A stretch of 46,646 bases of DNA from Omnitrophica bacterium RIFCSPHIGHO2_02_FULL_46_20 (GCA_001804065.1 MHFG01000082.1:1-46646), one strand, 5' to 3'; positions 17,227-26,444 are shown, counted from the stretch's first letter. The notes: generated by a model not told the origin, from the letters alone. Numbers and translations: made by a program.

Positions 17227-17672
17227 TCCACCTGTCTTTGATAGCGTCTTGTGTTGTCATTATCGATAGGTTGACAAAATATTTTTTCTGCAGCAATTTA
17301 TCGCATGGACGCTCGATAAAAGTCATCCCCGGGATTTTTCATCTAACATTGGTATTTAATACCGGATCGGCCTTTGGCCTATTCAAAGACTGGACGCGCT
17401 TTTTCATAATGACTTCTATCATTGTAATAGCGCTTATACTTTTCTATTGTCTTCGCTATAGGTATAAGGACATTCTTCTTATCACTTCTCTTGGCCTTAT
17501 ATTAGGCGGCGCCATAGGAAACCTTATAGACAGAATTTTATTCGGCTACGTGATAGATTTTTTGGACTTTCGCGTCTGGCCGGTATTTAATATCGCCGAT
17601 TCATCTATCAGTATTGGCGCGGCGCTGCTCGCGTTAAAGGCTCTATTCGATAAAAGATGCTTTACGATTTAG
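17223..17672 (+). CDS. lspA: Lipoprotein signal peptidase II. The start is moved to the ATG at 17223 (ATGA overlap with the upstream stop).
   Basis: NTGSAFG, IGNLIDR, FNIADSSISIGA motifs. Follows ileS. Confidence 0.85.
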   Translation: MIHLSLIASCVVIIDRLTKYFFCSNLSHGRSIKVIPGIFHLTLVFNTGSAFGLFKDWTRFFIMTSIIVIALILFYCLRYRYKDILLITSLGLILGGAIGNLIDRILFGYVIDFLDFRVWPVFNIADSSISIGAALLALKALFDKRCFTI

Positions 17673-18925
17673 GATTTTTCATATTTTCGCTTCTATATCT
17701 GCCGGCCCTTATCTTTAGCGGGAAGCTGCACAGGGAGTTCGGGGAACGGTTCGGTATATATGATAAGACGAAGGAAAGGACCTTGCTTTCCGGCGAGGGG
17801 CGCATATGGATACAGGCTGTAAGCGTCGGAGAAGTCGCGCTTTGTAAAAGCATCATCCCGTTATTGAAAGAGAGATTTCCTGTCAACGATATAGTTATTT
17901 CTACCATAACCAAAGCAGGGAATATCCTCGCTAAAAAAAATTTTTCCAAAGATGCTACAATAATATATTTCCCGCTTGATTTTAGCGCCATAGTTAAAAA
18001 AACAGTCAAAGCGATAAAGCCAAAATTATACATAATGATAGAGACTGAGATTTGGCCGAATCTTTTAAGTAATCTGGCGTCAAGATCGATTCCTTCCATC
18101 CTGATCAACGGAAGGATATCAGACCGCTCCATCGGCAGATATAGGATGGCGGCGCCATTTTTAAAAAATATTATCAGTAAAATAAGTATCTTTTGTATGC
18201 AGGACAACATTGATGCTGACAGGATAATAGAGTTGGGCGCGCCCGTTGAAAAGGTGCGGGTCACAGGCAATATGAAGTTTGACGCTCAAGTTTTGACCGA
18301 TGTTAAACCTGAGGATGTTATACGCGAATCGCTTGGTTTGAAAGTCGGCGAAGAGTTGATAATTGCGGGCAGTACCCATAGCGGCGAAGAAGAGATAATT
18401 GCTGACATCTTCAAAGAGCTTTCCTGGGAATATCCCAATCTAATGCTACTGATTGCTCCTAGGCATGTAGATCGTGTAAGCGAAATCGAAAGTGTCATAA
18501 AGAAAACCGGACTTGAGTCGATAAGAGCGTCTAAAATCAAAGAGTCAAGCGGCAAAGGCGCAAAAATAGTTCTTTTAGATACTATAGGGCAGCTCAACGA
18601 TGCATATTCAATCGCTACGATAGTCTTTATCGGAGGTAGTCTTGTAAAACACGGCGGGCATAACCCTATAGAGCCGGCAGCATTCGCTAAAACGATCCTG
18701 TTCGGGCCTCATATGTTTAATTTTAAGTACATTGCGGATGTATTTTTGAGAAACAAAGGCGCTATACAGGTTCTTAATAAAGAAGACCTTCGCGAAAAAT
18801 TCAGGTTTCTTTTTAAGAACGCGAACGCAAGGACGGCGCTGGGCGCAAATGCAAAAAAAGTAGTTATAGAAAATCGCGGCGCGACAAAAAAGAACATAGA
18901 GGCGATATCCCAAATCTTAAGATGA
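17657..18925 (+). CDS. waaA: 3-deoxy-D-manno-octulosonic acid (Kdo) transferase
   Basis: WIQAVSVGE N-terminal motif and GGSLVKHGGHNPIEPA C-terminal motif. Adjacent to lpxK. Confidence 0.85.
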   Translation: MLYDLGFFIFSLLYLPALIFSGKLHREFGERFGIYDKTKERTLLSGEGRIWIQAVSVGEVALCKSIIPLLKERFPVNDIVISTITKAGNILAKKNFSKDATIIYFPLDFSAIVKKTVKAIKPKLYIMIETEIWPNLLSNLASRSIPSILINGRISDRSIGRYRMAAPFLKNIISKISIFCMQDNIDADRIIELGAPVEKVRVTGNMKFDAQVLTDVKPEDVIRESLGLKVGEELIIAGSTHSGEEEIIADIFKELSWEYPNLMLLIAPRHVDRVSEIESVIKKTGLESIRASKIKESSGKGAKIVLLDTIGQLNDAYSIATIVFIGGSLVKHGGHNPIEPAAFAKTILFGPHMFNFKYIADVFLRNKGAIQVLNKEDLREKFRFLFKNANARTALGANAKKVVIENRGATKKNIEAISQILR

Positions 18926-19953
18926 TCTTCTATTCGTTAATGACGGATAAACAAAAAGGAGTTATATTCGCTCCGCTTAAAGCGTCTCTCTATCTACTTT
19001 CATTGATATATTCAATGGCAATTTTTTTCAGGAGGATTTTTTATAAGCTGCATATTTTTAAGACTCATAACGCGCCTCTAAAAGTAATAAGTGTCGGAAA
19101 TATTGCGCTCGGCGGGACAGGCAAGACCCCTTTTACCATAACACTCGCCAAGATACTGGAGTCAAGTCTGAAGAGAAACGTATGTGTCCTGATACGCGGT
19201 TACGGATGGGATGAGCAGGAGATGCTTAAGAGGAATCTTTCGGATGTGCCTGTCGTGGTTGGACAGGACAGGGCCCGCTCGTCTTATAAGGCGATAAAGT
19301 TGTACGGCAGCGATACAGCGATACTCGACGACGGCTTTCAGCACTGGGAGCTTGCAAGAGACCTGAATATAGTATTAATCGATTCTCGGAACCCTTTCGG
19401 CAACGGGAGGCTTTTTCCCCGCGGTATCTTGAGGGAGCCTAAGAGAGCGTTAGCGAGAGCCGATATAATAGTATTTACAAAAGCAAGTGAGAAAAGTTGC
19501 GATATCAATAAGATAAAACAAGAGATTAGTAGCATTAAAAATGGGCTGATATTTTTGGAGGCTGTTCACACCCCTATGCATTTCTATGAAGGAAGGGCTA
19601 AGCATATATTCGATCTATCTTATATAAGCGGCAAGAAGGTGATTTTGCTGTCAAGCATAGGGGATCCATTATATTTCGAAGATACGGCCAGAGGATTAGG
19701 CGCGAATATCATCGAGCACATAAAATTCCAGGATCACCATGATTACAGAAAAAGTGATATAGATCACGTGATAAGAAGATGCAATGAAAGAAATTTCGAT
19801 TTTGTTCTTACCACCGAGAAAGATATAGTTAAATTAAACAGGCTGGGCTTGAATCTATGCCCTTACACGGTTTTAACTTTAGCCGTGGAGATGAAAATAA
19901 TAGCAGGCAAGGAGATTTTAATTGATAGATTACGTAGCCTCTATATTAGTTAG
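18922..19953 (+). CDS. lpxK: Tetraacyldisaccharide 4'-kinase
   Basis: P-loop VGNIALGGTGKTP, ILDDGFQH. ATGA overlap with waaA. Confidence 0.85.
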   Translation: MIFYSLMTDKQKGVIFAPLKASLYLLSLIYSMAIFFRRIFYKLHIFKTHNAPLKVISVGNIALGGTGKTPFTITLAKILESSLKRNVCVLIRGYGWDEQEMLKRNLSDVPVVVGQDRARSSYKAIKLYGSDTAILDDGFQHWELARDLNIVLIDSRNPFGNGRLFPRGILREPKRALARADIIVFTKASEKSCDINKIKQEISSIKNGLIFLEAVHTPMHFYEGRAKHIFDLSYISGKKVILLSSIGDPLYFEDTARGLGANIIEHIKFQDHHDYRKSDIDHVIRRCNERNFDFVLTTEKDIVKLNRLGLNLCPYTVLTLAVEMKIIAGKEILIDRLRSLYIS

Positions 19954-21865
19954 AGGATTAAATATAATTTCCCACTTTATGCCCATCAGGGGCAATCTCT
20001 GGGTAGGGAGAAGACTGGGCGGCATAGCCTTTTTCATAAATAAGAAGAGGCGCTTGATAGCATACGCTAACCTGAAGGCCGCGTTTGCGAAAGAGAAATC
20101 TCCTAAAGAGCTGCGCTCTATTGCCAAAAAGGTATATATAAATCTTGCTCAAAGTTTCGCCGAGATCTTAAGCTTAACGAAGGTAAACAAGGCTTACGTT
20201 AATAAATATGTCGAAGTGGTAAATATGGAGTGTATAGAGAATGCCGGAAAGTCCGGCAGGGGGACAATACTCCTCACGGCGCATTTCGGCGATTGGGAAT
20301 TATCAAGCATGGTGAGCGCGATGAAGGGCTTCCCCATAACCGTCTTGGCGCGCGAACAGAAAATGAAGCGTTTGAACGAGCTTTTAAACCGTTTGAGGGA
20401 ATCAAAGGGATGCAAGGTTGTAAGAAAAGGCGTGTCTACGAAAAATATTTTAAAGGAACTTTATAAAAAGAATATGGTCGGAATACTTTCGGATCAGGAT
20501 GCCGGGAAAAACGGCACGTTCGTTAACTTTTTTAACCGTCCCACCTCGGCGCATATAGGGCCGTTTGAGATCGCGAAGCACACAGACTCTATAATATTGC
20601 CGAATTTCATAGTAAGGGAATGCGGTCCGTTTCATAAGTTGTATCTTGAAGAATATATAGATATGAAAGATGCTCAGACAGAAGAAGACCTTAAGAAAGG
20701 GCTGCAAAAATATATGTCGTTGCTCGAAATTTATGTCAGGAAGTATCCTGACCAATGGCTTTGGCTTCACAAGAGATGGAAGTCAACTCCTAAAAGGACG
20801 ATCCTCGTATTGAATGACGGCAAGGCGGGCCATATGAATCAGTCGCTTGCAGTCGCGCGCCAGATACAGAGGGCCAGGATGACGCAAGGATATAAAACAG
20901 AGGATACGCTCGTTACCATTGTTGATGTTAAGTATAAAAATAAGTTTTTTAGGACACTGCTTTCAGTGTTAGCATCTTTCGCAAGCTGGCGCTGCCATGG
21001 CCGCATGTTATGCATGAAGGTGTGCTTAAGAGACGATTCTTTTGAGAACCTTATGAAGGCATACGCTGAATTCATCGTTTCCTGCGGTTCGAGCCTCGCT
21101 CCTGTAAATATCTTCATGGCAAAAGAAAATAACGCGAAGAACGTGGTCGTGATGAGGCCCAACATTATGTTTGGCCTGCGTAAATTCAATTTTATAATAG
21201 CGCCGAAGCACGATAACCTGCCGCTTCGGAAAAATATTATCAGCACTGCTTTGGCGCCAAACCTAGTAGATGCCATGGCGCTGGAGTCTGCCGGCAAAAG
21301 ATTAAAAAATAATATTCATCTCGAAAAAGGCAAGGTTGTGGGGCTTTTGATCGGAGGGAGCAATCCGGAATTCACGCTTTCCGCGGAATTATTAAAGAAG
21401 GTTGTAAGCGAAACAATTAAATTTTGCGAGTCAAAAGACGCGGACTTGCTTGTGACAAGCTCTAGAAGGACAGATAAGAGCCATGAATTGATTTTAAAAG
21501 AGGCGCTTCAAAATAATCCAAGATGTAAATTGCTTGTAGTCGCCAATGAAAATAATCCCGAAGGAACATTGACCGGAATACTGGCATTGAGTAATGTCGT
21601 TGTGGTTTCCGGAGAATCCATTTCTATGATATCAGAAGCAGTAAGTTCCGGAAATTCTGTAATAGTATTTGAATTGGACAAAAAGAAAAGAGGCCTTACC
21701 AAGCATGAACACGCCCTTGTAAATATTGCGGCAGAAGGTTATGTCACTATTGCCAAAGCGAATGAGCTTGTGTCTGCGATGAATAAGGCTTTGAGCGAAA
21801 AGACTTCAGCAAAGAAACTCGACGATACGGATAAGATTTACGAGGCAATGAGGTCGTTGATATAA
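19922..21865 (+). CDS. Fusion protein: N-terminal LpxL/HtrB-type lipid A late acyltransferase (about aa 1-290) plus a C-terminal ELM1/DUF1022-family domain (about aa 295-647)
   Basis: N-terminal part: LLTAHFGDWE, SDQDAG, YPDQWLWLHKRWK. C-terminal part: ILVLNDGKAGHMNQSLAVA, APKHD, LLIGGSN, TSSRRT, SGESISMISEA, which I recognise as typical ELM1-family blocks. Confidence 0.65.
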   Translation: MIDYVASILVRGLNIISHFMPIRGNLWVGRRLGGIAFFINKKRRLIAYANLKAAFAKEKSPKELRSIAKKVYINLAQSFAEILSLTKVNKAYVNKYVEVVNMECIENAGKSGRGTILLTAHFGDWELSSMVSAMKGFPITVLAREQKMKRLNELLNRLRESKGCKVVRKGVSTKNILKELYKKNMVGILSDQDAGKNGTFVNFFNRPTSAHIGPFEIAKHTDSIILPNFIVRECGPFHKLYLEEYIDMKDAQTEEDLKKGLQKYMSLLEIYVRKYPDQWLWLHKRWKSTPKRTILVLNDGKAGHMNQSLAVARQIQRARMTQGYKTEDTLVTIVDVKYKNKFFRTLLSVLASFASWRCHGRMLCMKVCLRDDSFENLMKAYAEFIVSCGSSLAPVNIFMAKENNAKNVVVMRPNIMFGLRKFNFIIAPKHDNLPLRKNIISTALAPNLVDAMALESAGKRLKNNIHLEKGKVVGLLIGGSNPEFTLSAELLKKVVSETIKFCESKDADLLVTSSRRTDKSHELILKEALQNNPRCKLLVVANENNPEGTLTGILALSNVVVVSGESISMISEAVSSGNSVIVFELDKKKRGLTKHEHALVNIAAEGYVTIAKANELVSAMNKALSEKTSAKKLDDTDKIYEAMRSLI

Positions 21866-21885
21866 TTTTTTCGCTTCAGCTGACA

Positions 21886-22066
21886 GGCGGAACATGTTGG
21901 TGGCTGCCTTCCGCTGACATAAATTCACATTAGGCATGTGAATTTATTCTGGAAAAATTTTGACAAAATTTTAACTTCTTTCAGGAATTTAAAATTTTTT
22001 CTGTATCGCCGTAGAGTGTCAAAATTTTTGACAGCAGCGTCAGGCAGACCACCAACATGTTCCGCC
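21886..22066. repeat. 181-bp cassette bounded by 23/24-nt inverted repeats around a 134-bp AT-rich core
   Basis: IR-L GGCGGAACATGTTGGTGGCTGCC (21886-21908). IR-R GGCAGACCACCAACATGTTCCGCC (22043-22066): 18 bp perfect plus 5 bp with a 1-nt indel. The core has a perfect 11-bp hairpin at 21919-21947 and three TTTTGACA/TGTCAAAA boxes. Confidence 0.7.
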
Positions 22067-22166
22067 ATAGAGAGAAGCAAAAAAAATAACAGAGCAACGC
22101 CGATAGCACAAAGGATTTTGTGAACGGCCATTAGAATTTTTTCGGTATAGTGTCTATAGGCAGTTG

Positions 22167-22302
22167 GTGTGTAAGGATTTACGTCGAGTGAATGCAGGAA
22201 CTGACTGACCGAACACCCAGATTATACAAGACATACCTTAAGGGCATCTGGGTGGGAGGGAAGGAATTCCTGCAAATGAGCGAGACGTAAACCGCAGCAC
22301 AC
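22167..22302. other. 136-nt extended imperfect hairpin (structured leader RNA or palindromic MITE-like element) upstream of the glycosyltransferase operon
   Basis: Four stacked helices: 22167-71/22298-302 (5 bp), 22175-85/22284-93 (10 bp, 1 bulge), 22194-200/22267-73 (7 bp) and 22214-22/22246-54 (9 bp). 23-nt apical loop. Confidence 0.55.
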
Positions 22303-22394
22303 GGCGAAAAAATTCAGGCCGTGAACAAAAGACTTTGCGCTGGAGAGCGCTCACCATAATGGAGTTTTAGGTTTAGAGGAAGCGCGAAGACACT

Positions 22395-24497
22395 ATGAAC
22401 ATTCTGCAGATATTGCCATCGTTGGACGTGGGAGGGGTTGAGACGGGGACGATCGACCTTGCGCGATATCTTGTGCAAAAAGGGCACAAAGTGGTCGTCA
22501 TATCCGGCGGTGGAAGGCTCGTCAGGGAGCTCGACAAAATCGGCGCCCGTCATTATACGCTTCCTGTTGGCAAAAAATCCATCTTTAGCATGATATGGAT
22601 GGTCCGAGCCGTATCAGATATCATAAGGAACGAGGATATCGACATCGTCCATGTCCGCTCACGCGTTCCGGCATTCATTGCTTTTATCGCGTGCAAGCTC
22701 ACAAATAGAATTTTTATTACAACCGCGCATGGTTATTACAAGAAGCATTTTTTAAGCGCGGTAATGAGTTGGGGTAGATTTGTGATAGCTCCTTCCAACA
22801 TCATCGCGAAGCACATGGTAAATGATTTTTTTGTTCCATACGAAAGGATGCGATTCATACCTCGCGGCGTCGATCTAAACGCTTTCAGGCTCAGAGATCC
22901 TAAAACACATTCTTCGCAAGGTTTCACCGTCGGAATGGTATCGAGGATAACCCCTTTGAAAGGCCATGCCTCTTTCCTAAAGGCAGTGGGCTTGCTTTAT
23001 CGAAAGATACCGAATCTTAAAGTTGTAATTGTCGGAAGCGCGCCGAAGGAAAAATATATGGAAGACCTCGAGCTATTGGTGAGAAGGCTCGGCCTTACAA
23101 GGACGGTAGAATTTGCCGGCGCGCAAGGCGACATTCCTTCTATAATGCGGCGGATAGACCTCCTTGTATCCGCTACAATTACGCCGGAGGCATTTGGCAG
23201 GTCCATTGTGGAAGCTCAAGCGTCAGGCGTCCCTGTCGTTTCAACAAGAGTGGGAGGCGTAGTCGATATTATAGAAGACGAAAAGACAGGGCTTTTTTGT
23301 AACGCTGAAGACCATAAGGATATGGCAGATAAGATATTCAGGCTTTATCAGGATAGATCATTGTGGACGAATCTTGCTACAGAGGGAAGAAGGCATGTCG
23401 AGGAAAATTTTAATCTCGACCTTATGATGACAAAGACTATCGCGGTATACGAGGAGGCAAAGAAATCCACAAATATTTTAGTCATAAAAATCAGCGCTAT
23501 AGGCGATTGCGTCTTAAGTATTCCCTCATTACGGGCGATTCGTTCTAAATTTCAAAATGCCACAATAAAGGTGCTTGTCGGCATACAGTCATGCGAGGTA
23601 TTCGATGGCTGCCCATATATAAACGACAGGATCGTATGTGACTTTAAAGGTAAGGATAAAGGTCTTAGAGGTTTATGGAGCCTCTCAAGGGAATTAAGAA
23701 AGAGCTGTTTTGACATAGTTATAGATCTACAAAATAATAGGAAAAGCCACATGCTGTCCTTTTTAAGCCTTACACCATTTCGATACGGGTATAAGAACAA
23801 AAAATTTTCGTTTTTTCTGAATAACAGGATTAAAGACGACGCCCCGTATCTCGATCCGATAGAACATCAGTTCAGGGTTTTGAAATCAGCTGGCATAAAA
23901 CCAATAGAAAAAAATTTGGAACTATGGCCTTCTCCAGCTGATGAGGAAAGAGCAGATTCTCTTTTACAAGATAATTGGTTTAAGCCCGGGCAGAGCCTTG
24001 TCGGTATAAATGCCAGGGCATCTTCGCGTTGGCTGAGCAAGAACTGGCCGCCGAAATATATCGCCGAACTTTGCGATCATCTTGCCAAGGAGTTTAACAC
24101 GCGCGTCGTTTTGACGGGAACCAGGGAAGATATTGACTATACAGAAAGAATAAAAGATCTCACTGCCTCAAAGCCGATAATGGCCGCGGGGAAGACCAGC
24201 ATCCTTGGACTGGCGAGTCTTATAAAAAAGTGCAAAGTTTACATAACACCAGACTCAGCGCCGATGCATATCGCTTCGGCCATGGGCACGCCTTTTATCG
24301 CGCTTTTCGGCCCAACGGATCCTTTAAGACATGTGCCGCCGTCGAAAGATCACGTGGTGATAAAAAAAGATCTGAAGTGCATCCCGTGCTATAGCCCTAG
24401 TTGTCTAAAAGGTTTTAAGTGCATGAGGGATATCACTGTCGAAGAGGTATTTGAGGCCGCAAGGGAGCTTGTAACAAAAGGTGTTGAGGTTGCGTAA
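22395..24497 (+). CDS. Fusion protein: N-terminal GT4 glycosyltransferase (about aa 1-360) plus C-terminal GT9 heptosyltransferase-family domain (about aa 365-700)
   Basis: GT4 part: LDVGGVETGT, EAFGRSIVEAQASGVPVVSTRVGG. GT9 part: ILVIKISAIGDCVLSIPSL, ITPDSAPMHIASAMGTPFIALFGPTDP, C-terminal CxxC..C..C. Confidence 0.7.
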   Translation: MNILQILPSLDVGGVETGTIDLARYLVQKGHKVVVISGGGRLVRELDKIGARHYTLPVGKKSIFSMIWMVRAVSDIIRNEDIDIVHVRSRVPAFIAFIACKLTNRIFITTAHGYYKKHFLSAVMSWGRFVIAPSNIIAKHMVNDFFVPYERMRFIPRGVDLNAFRLRDPKTHSSQGFTVGMVSRITPLKGHASFLKAVGLLYRKIPNLKVVIVGSAPKEKYMEDLELLVRRLGLTRTVEFAGAQGDIPSIMRRIDLLVSATITPEAFGRSIVEAQASGVPVVSTRVGGVVDIIEDEKTGLFCNAEDHKDMADKIFRLYQDRSLWTNLATEGRRHVEENFNLDLMMTKTIAVYEEAKKSTNILVIKISAIGDCVLSIPSLRAIRSKFQNATIKVLVGIQSCEVFDGCPYINDRIVCDFKGKDKGLRGLWSLSRELRKSCFDIVIDLQNNRKSHMLSFLSLTPFRYGYKNKKFSFFLNNRIKDDAPYLDPIEHQFRVLKSAGIKPIEKNLELWPSPADEERADSLLQDNWFKPGQSLVGINARASSRWLSKNWPPKYIAELCDHLAKEFNTRVVLTGTREDIDYTERIKDLTASKPIMAAGKTSILGLASLIKKCKVYITPDSAPMHIASAMGTPFIALFGPTDPLRHVPPSKDHVVIKKDLKCIPCYSPSCLKGFKCMRDITVEEVFEAARELVTKGVEVA

Positions 24498-24547
24498 ACC
24501 CAGGCACCTTATACATTTTAGGCGTTTATCTTAAAGAAGGTGCTTAT

Positions 24548-25666
24548 ATGAGAGTGCTCCATGTAAATACGCACATTAATGTCGGCGGCATCGGGCAATA
24601 CATATTATCACTGACAAGGGCTCTGAAATCAAGAGGCGTGGATTGTTTAGTTGCATCAAGCGGAGGCGATCTGGAGCCAGAACTTAATAGTCGCGGAATC
24701 AAGCATATATATTTAAATCTAAAGACAAAATCAGAATTAAGCCTTAAGGTATTAAAGTCTGCATTCTCGTTGACCGATATTGTAAAAGCCGAAGGCGTAG
24801 ACCTTATCCATGCTCATACCAGAGTTTCGCAAGTCGCTTCTTTTTTCGCGTCGCGCCGTACAGGGATTCCTTATGTTTCAACATGCCACGGCTATTTTAA
24901 GCCGCGGCTCTCAAGGCGATTATTCGATACGTGGGGCAGGAAAGTCATAGCCATAAGCGATGCCGTTAAAATCCATTTGGAAAAAGATTTTGGAGTCGAT
25001 AAAAAAAGAATCGAGCTTGTCTACAACGGTGTTGATACGTATAGATTCTCCGCGAGCTATTCAGGCGAAGAAATAGTAAAAGCAAAAAAAACTTTATTGT
25101 TAAAAGACGGAGCTATAATAGGGACGATGGGCAGGCTCTCTCCGGTTAAAGGTCAACGGTTTCTTATTGAAGCGATGAAGTATGTGATTTCAAAACAAAA
25201 AGACGCGCAATGCCTGATCATAGGCGGCGGCATGGAAGAGAAGGCGCTCAAAGATCTGGCAAAGGGGCTGGGTATAGAAGAGTCTATAAAATTTACGGGT
25301 TCTAACCATAGGGATACGCCTTTATACCTGGCATGCATGGATGTTTTTGTGCTGCCATCCATAGAAGAAGGATTGGGCATGGCGCTGCTCGAAGCAATGA
25401 GCGTCGGCAAACCATGCGTGGGTTCAAATATCGGCGGCATCAGTAATATTATAAAATATGGCGTAAACGGATTGCTCGTCCCTGTCCGAGATGCCGCAGC
25501 GATAGGAGACGCAGTCTTAAAGCTTTTGGATGATAAAGTTTTAAGTGAAAAGATGGGCCTTAAGGGAAGAGAACTTGTGGAAGAAAGATTCTCGTTAGAT
25601 TCAATGGCGGATAAAATTGCTTCATTATACAGAAAGATCGCATGCGGGTTGGCACATGAAAACTAA
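24548..25666 (+). CDS. GT4-family glycosyltransferase
   Basis: INVGGIGQY, EGLGMALLEAMSVGKPCVGSNIGG (EX7E-type motif). Confidence 0.8.
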   Translation: MRVLHVNTHINVGGIGQYILSLTRALKSRGVDCLVASSGGDLEPELNSRGIKHIYLNLKTKSELSLKVLKSAFSLTDIVKAEGVDLIHAHTRVSQVASFFASRRTGIPYVSTCHGYFKPRLSRRLFDTWGRKVIAISDAVKIHLEKDFGVDKKRIELVYNGVDTYRFSASYSGEEIVKAKKTLLLKDGAIIGTMGRLSPVKGQRFLIEAMKYVISKQKDAQCLIIGGGMEEKALKDLAKGLGIEESIKFTGSNHRDTPLYLACMDVFVLPSIEEGLGMALLEAMSVGKPCVGSNIGGISNIIKYGVNGLLVPVRDAAAIGDAVLKLLDDKVLSEKMGLKGRELVEERFSLDSMADKIASLYRKIACGLAHEN

Positions 25667-26444
25667 TCGTAAGAATATATTTTTAGGTATTTTAACCGCG
25701 TTATTAGCGGTGGTTTTGAGCGTCTTTATGTACGTAGACGCGAAGTCAGGCGCCGTCGTCCCTGTATTGATGTATCATTCAATACATGCCGACGAAGGGA
25801 CGTCGCTTTTCGTTTCGCCGGAAGTCTTTGCCAAACAGATGGAATTTTTATATAAGCGTCATTATAACGTAGTCAGCCCGGATAAAATAATCGCCTACAT
25901 GACAAAGAAAGAGAATATGCCGATTATGACCGTAGCCATAACTGCGGATGACGGCTTTTATAATTTTTATAAATACGGTTACCCAATTTTAAAAAAATAC
26001 AATATGCCTGCAATCCTTTTTATAATTACGGACAAGATTGGAAAGCCAGGCAGGCTGGGTTGGGATGAGTTGCGCGAGATGTCCGATTCAGGACTTATAA
26101 CTGTAGGATGCCATACCAAATCACACCCATGGCTTCCCACAGTATCGGTTGATGAAAAGAGATTGAAAGAGGAAATAGTCGTTTCAAAAGAGATACTTGA
26201 GAAGGGCCTTGGCAAAAAAGTGGATTATCTATGTTATCCTAACGGAGGTTTTAACGACTTGATTAAAGACTTCGCGAAAAAGGCTGGATATAAAGGCGGC
26301 TTTACCACGAATCCTGATAGGTCGAGCGCTATCGACGACATTTATGCCATAAGGCGGCTGAAAATGTCTTCTTCCTCGGTCGATCCGCTTATCCTGTGGG
26401 GCAAGATCTCAAGATATTACGCATGGTTTAAGGAAAATAGATGA
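25656..26444 (+). CDS. Polysaccharide deacetylase (CE4/NodB homology domain) with an N-terminal membrane anchor. The start is moved to the ATG at 25656.
   Basis: MKTNRKNIFLGILTALLAVVLSVF anchor. VAITADDGF (Asp-Asp motif), GCHTKSHPWL, LCYPNGGF. Confidence 0.7.
   Translation: MKTNRKNIFLGILTALLAVVLSVFMYVDAKSGAVVPVLMYHSIHADEGTSLFVSPEVFAKQMEFLYKRHYNVVSPDKIIAYMTKKENMPIMTVAITADDGFYNFYKYGYPILKKYNMPAILFIITDKIGKPGRLGWDELREMSDSGLITVGCHTKSHPWLPTVSVDEKRLKEEIVVSKEILEKGLGKKVDYLCYPNGGFNDLIKDFAKKAGYKGGFTTNPDRSSAIDDIYAIRRLKMSSSSVDPLILWGKISRYYAWFKENR

Noticed and set aside
17662-18270. 202-aa ORF on the minus strand
   Set aside because: It is antisense to waaA, which has clear Kdo-transferase motifs. It has no SD or family resemblance, so it is a shadow ORF.
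21919-21947. Perfect 11-bp AT-rich hairpin as the terminator of the lpxL::ELM1 gene
   Set aside because: The stem is almost all A/T and no proper U-tract follows. I treat it as part of the IR-bounded cassette instead.
21925-22131. Small ORFs of 61 aa (+) and 68 aa (-) inside the IR-bounded cassette
   Set aside because: The sequence is AT-rich and low-complexity, there is no SD, and the two ORFs mutually overlap on opposite strands. They are more plausibly non-coding.
22314-22553. 79-aa ORF on the minus strand overlapping the GT4::GT9 start
   Set aside because: It is antisense to a well-supported glycosyltransferase N-terminus and has no independent signals.
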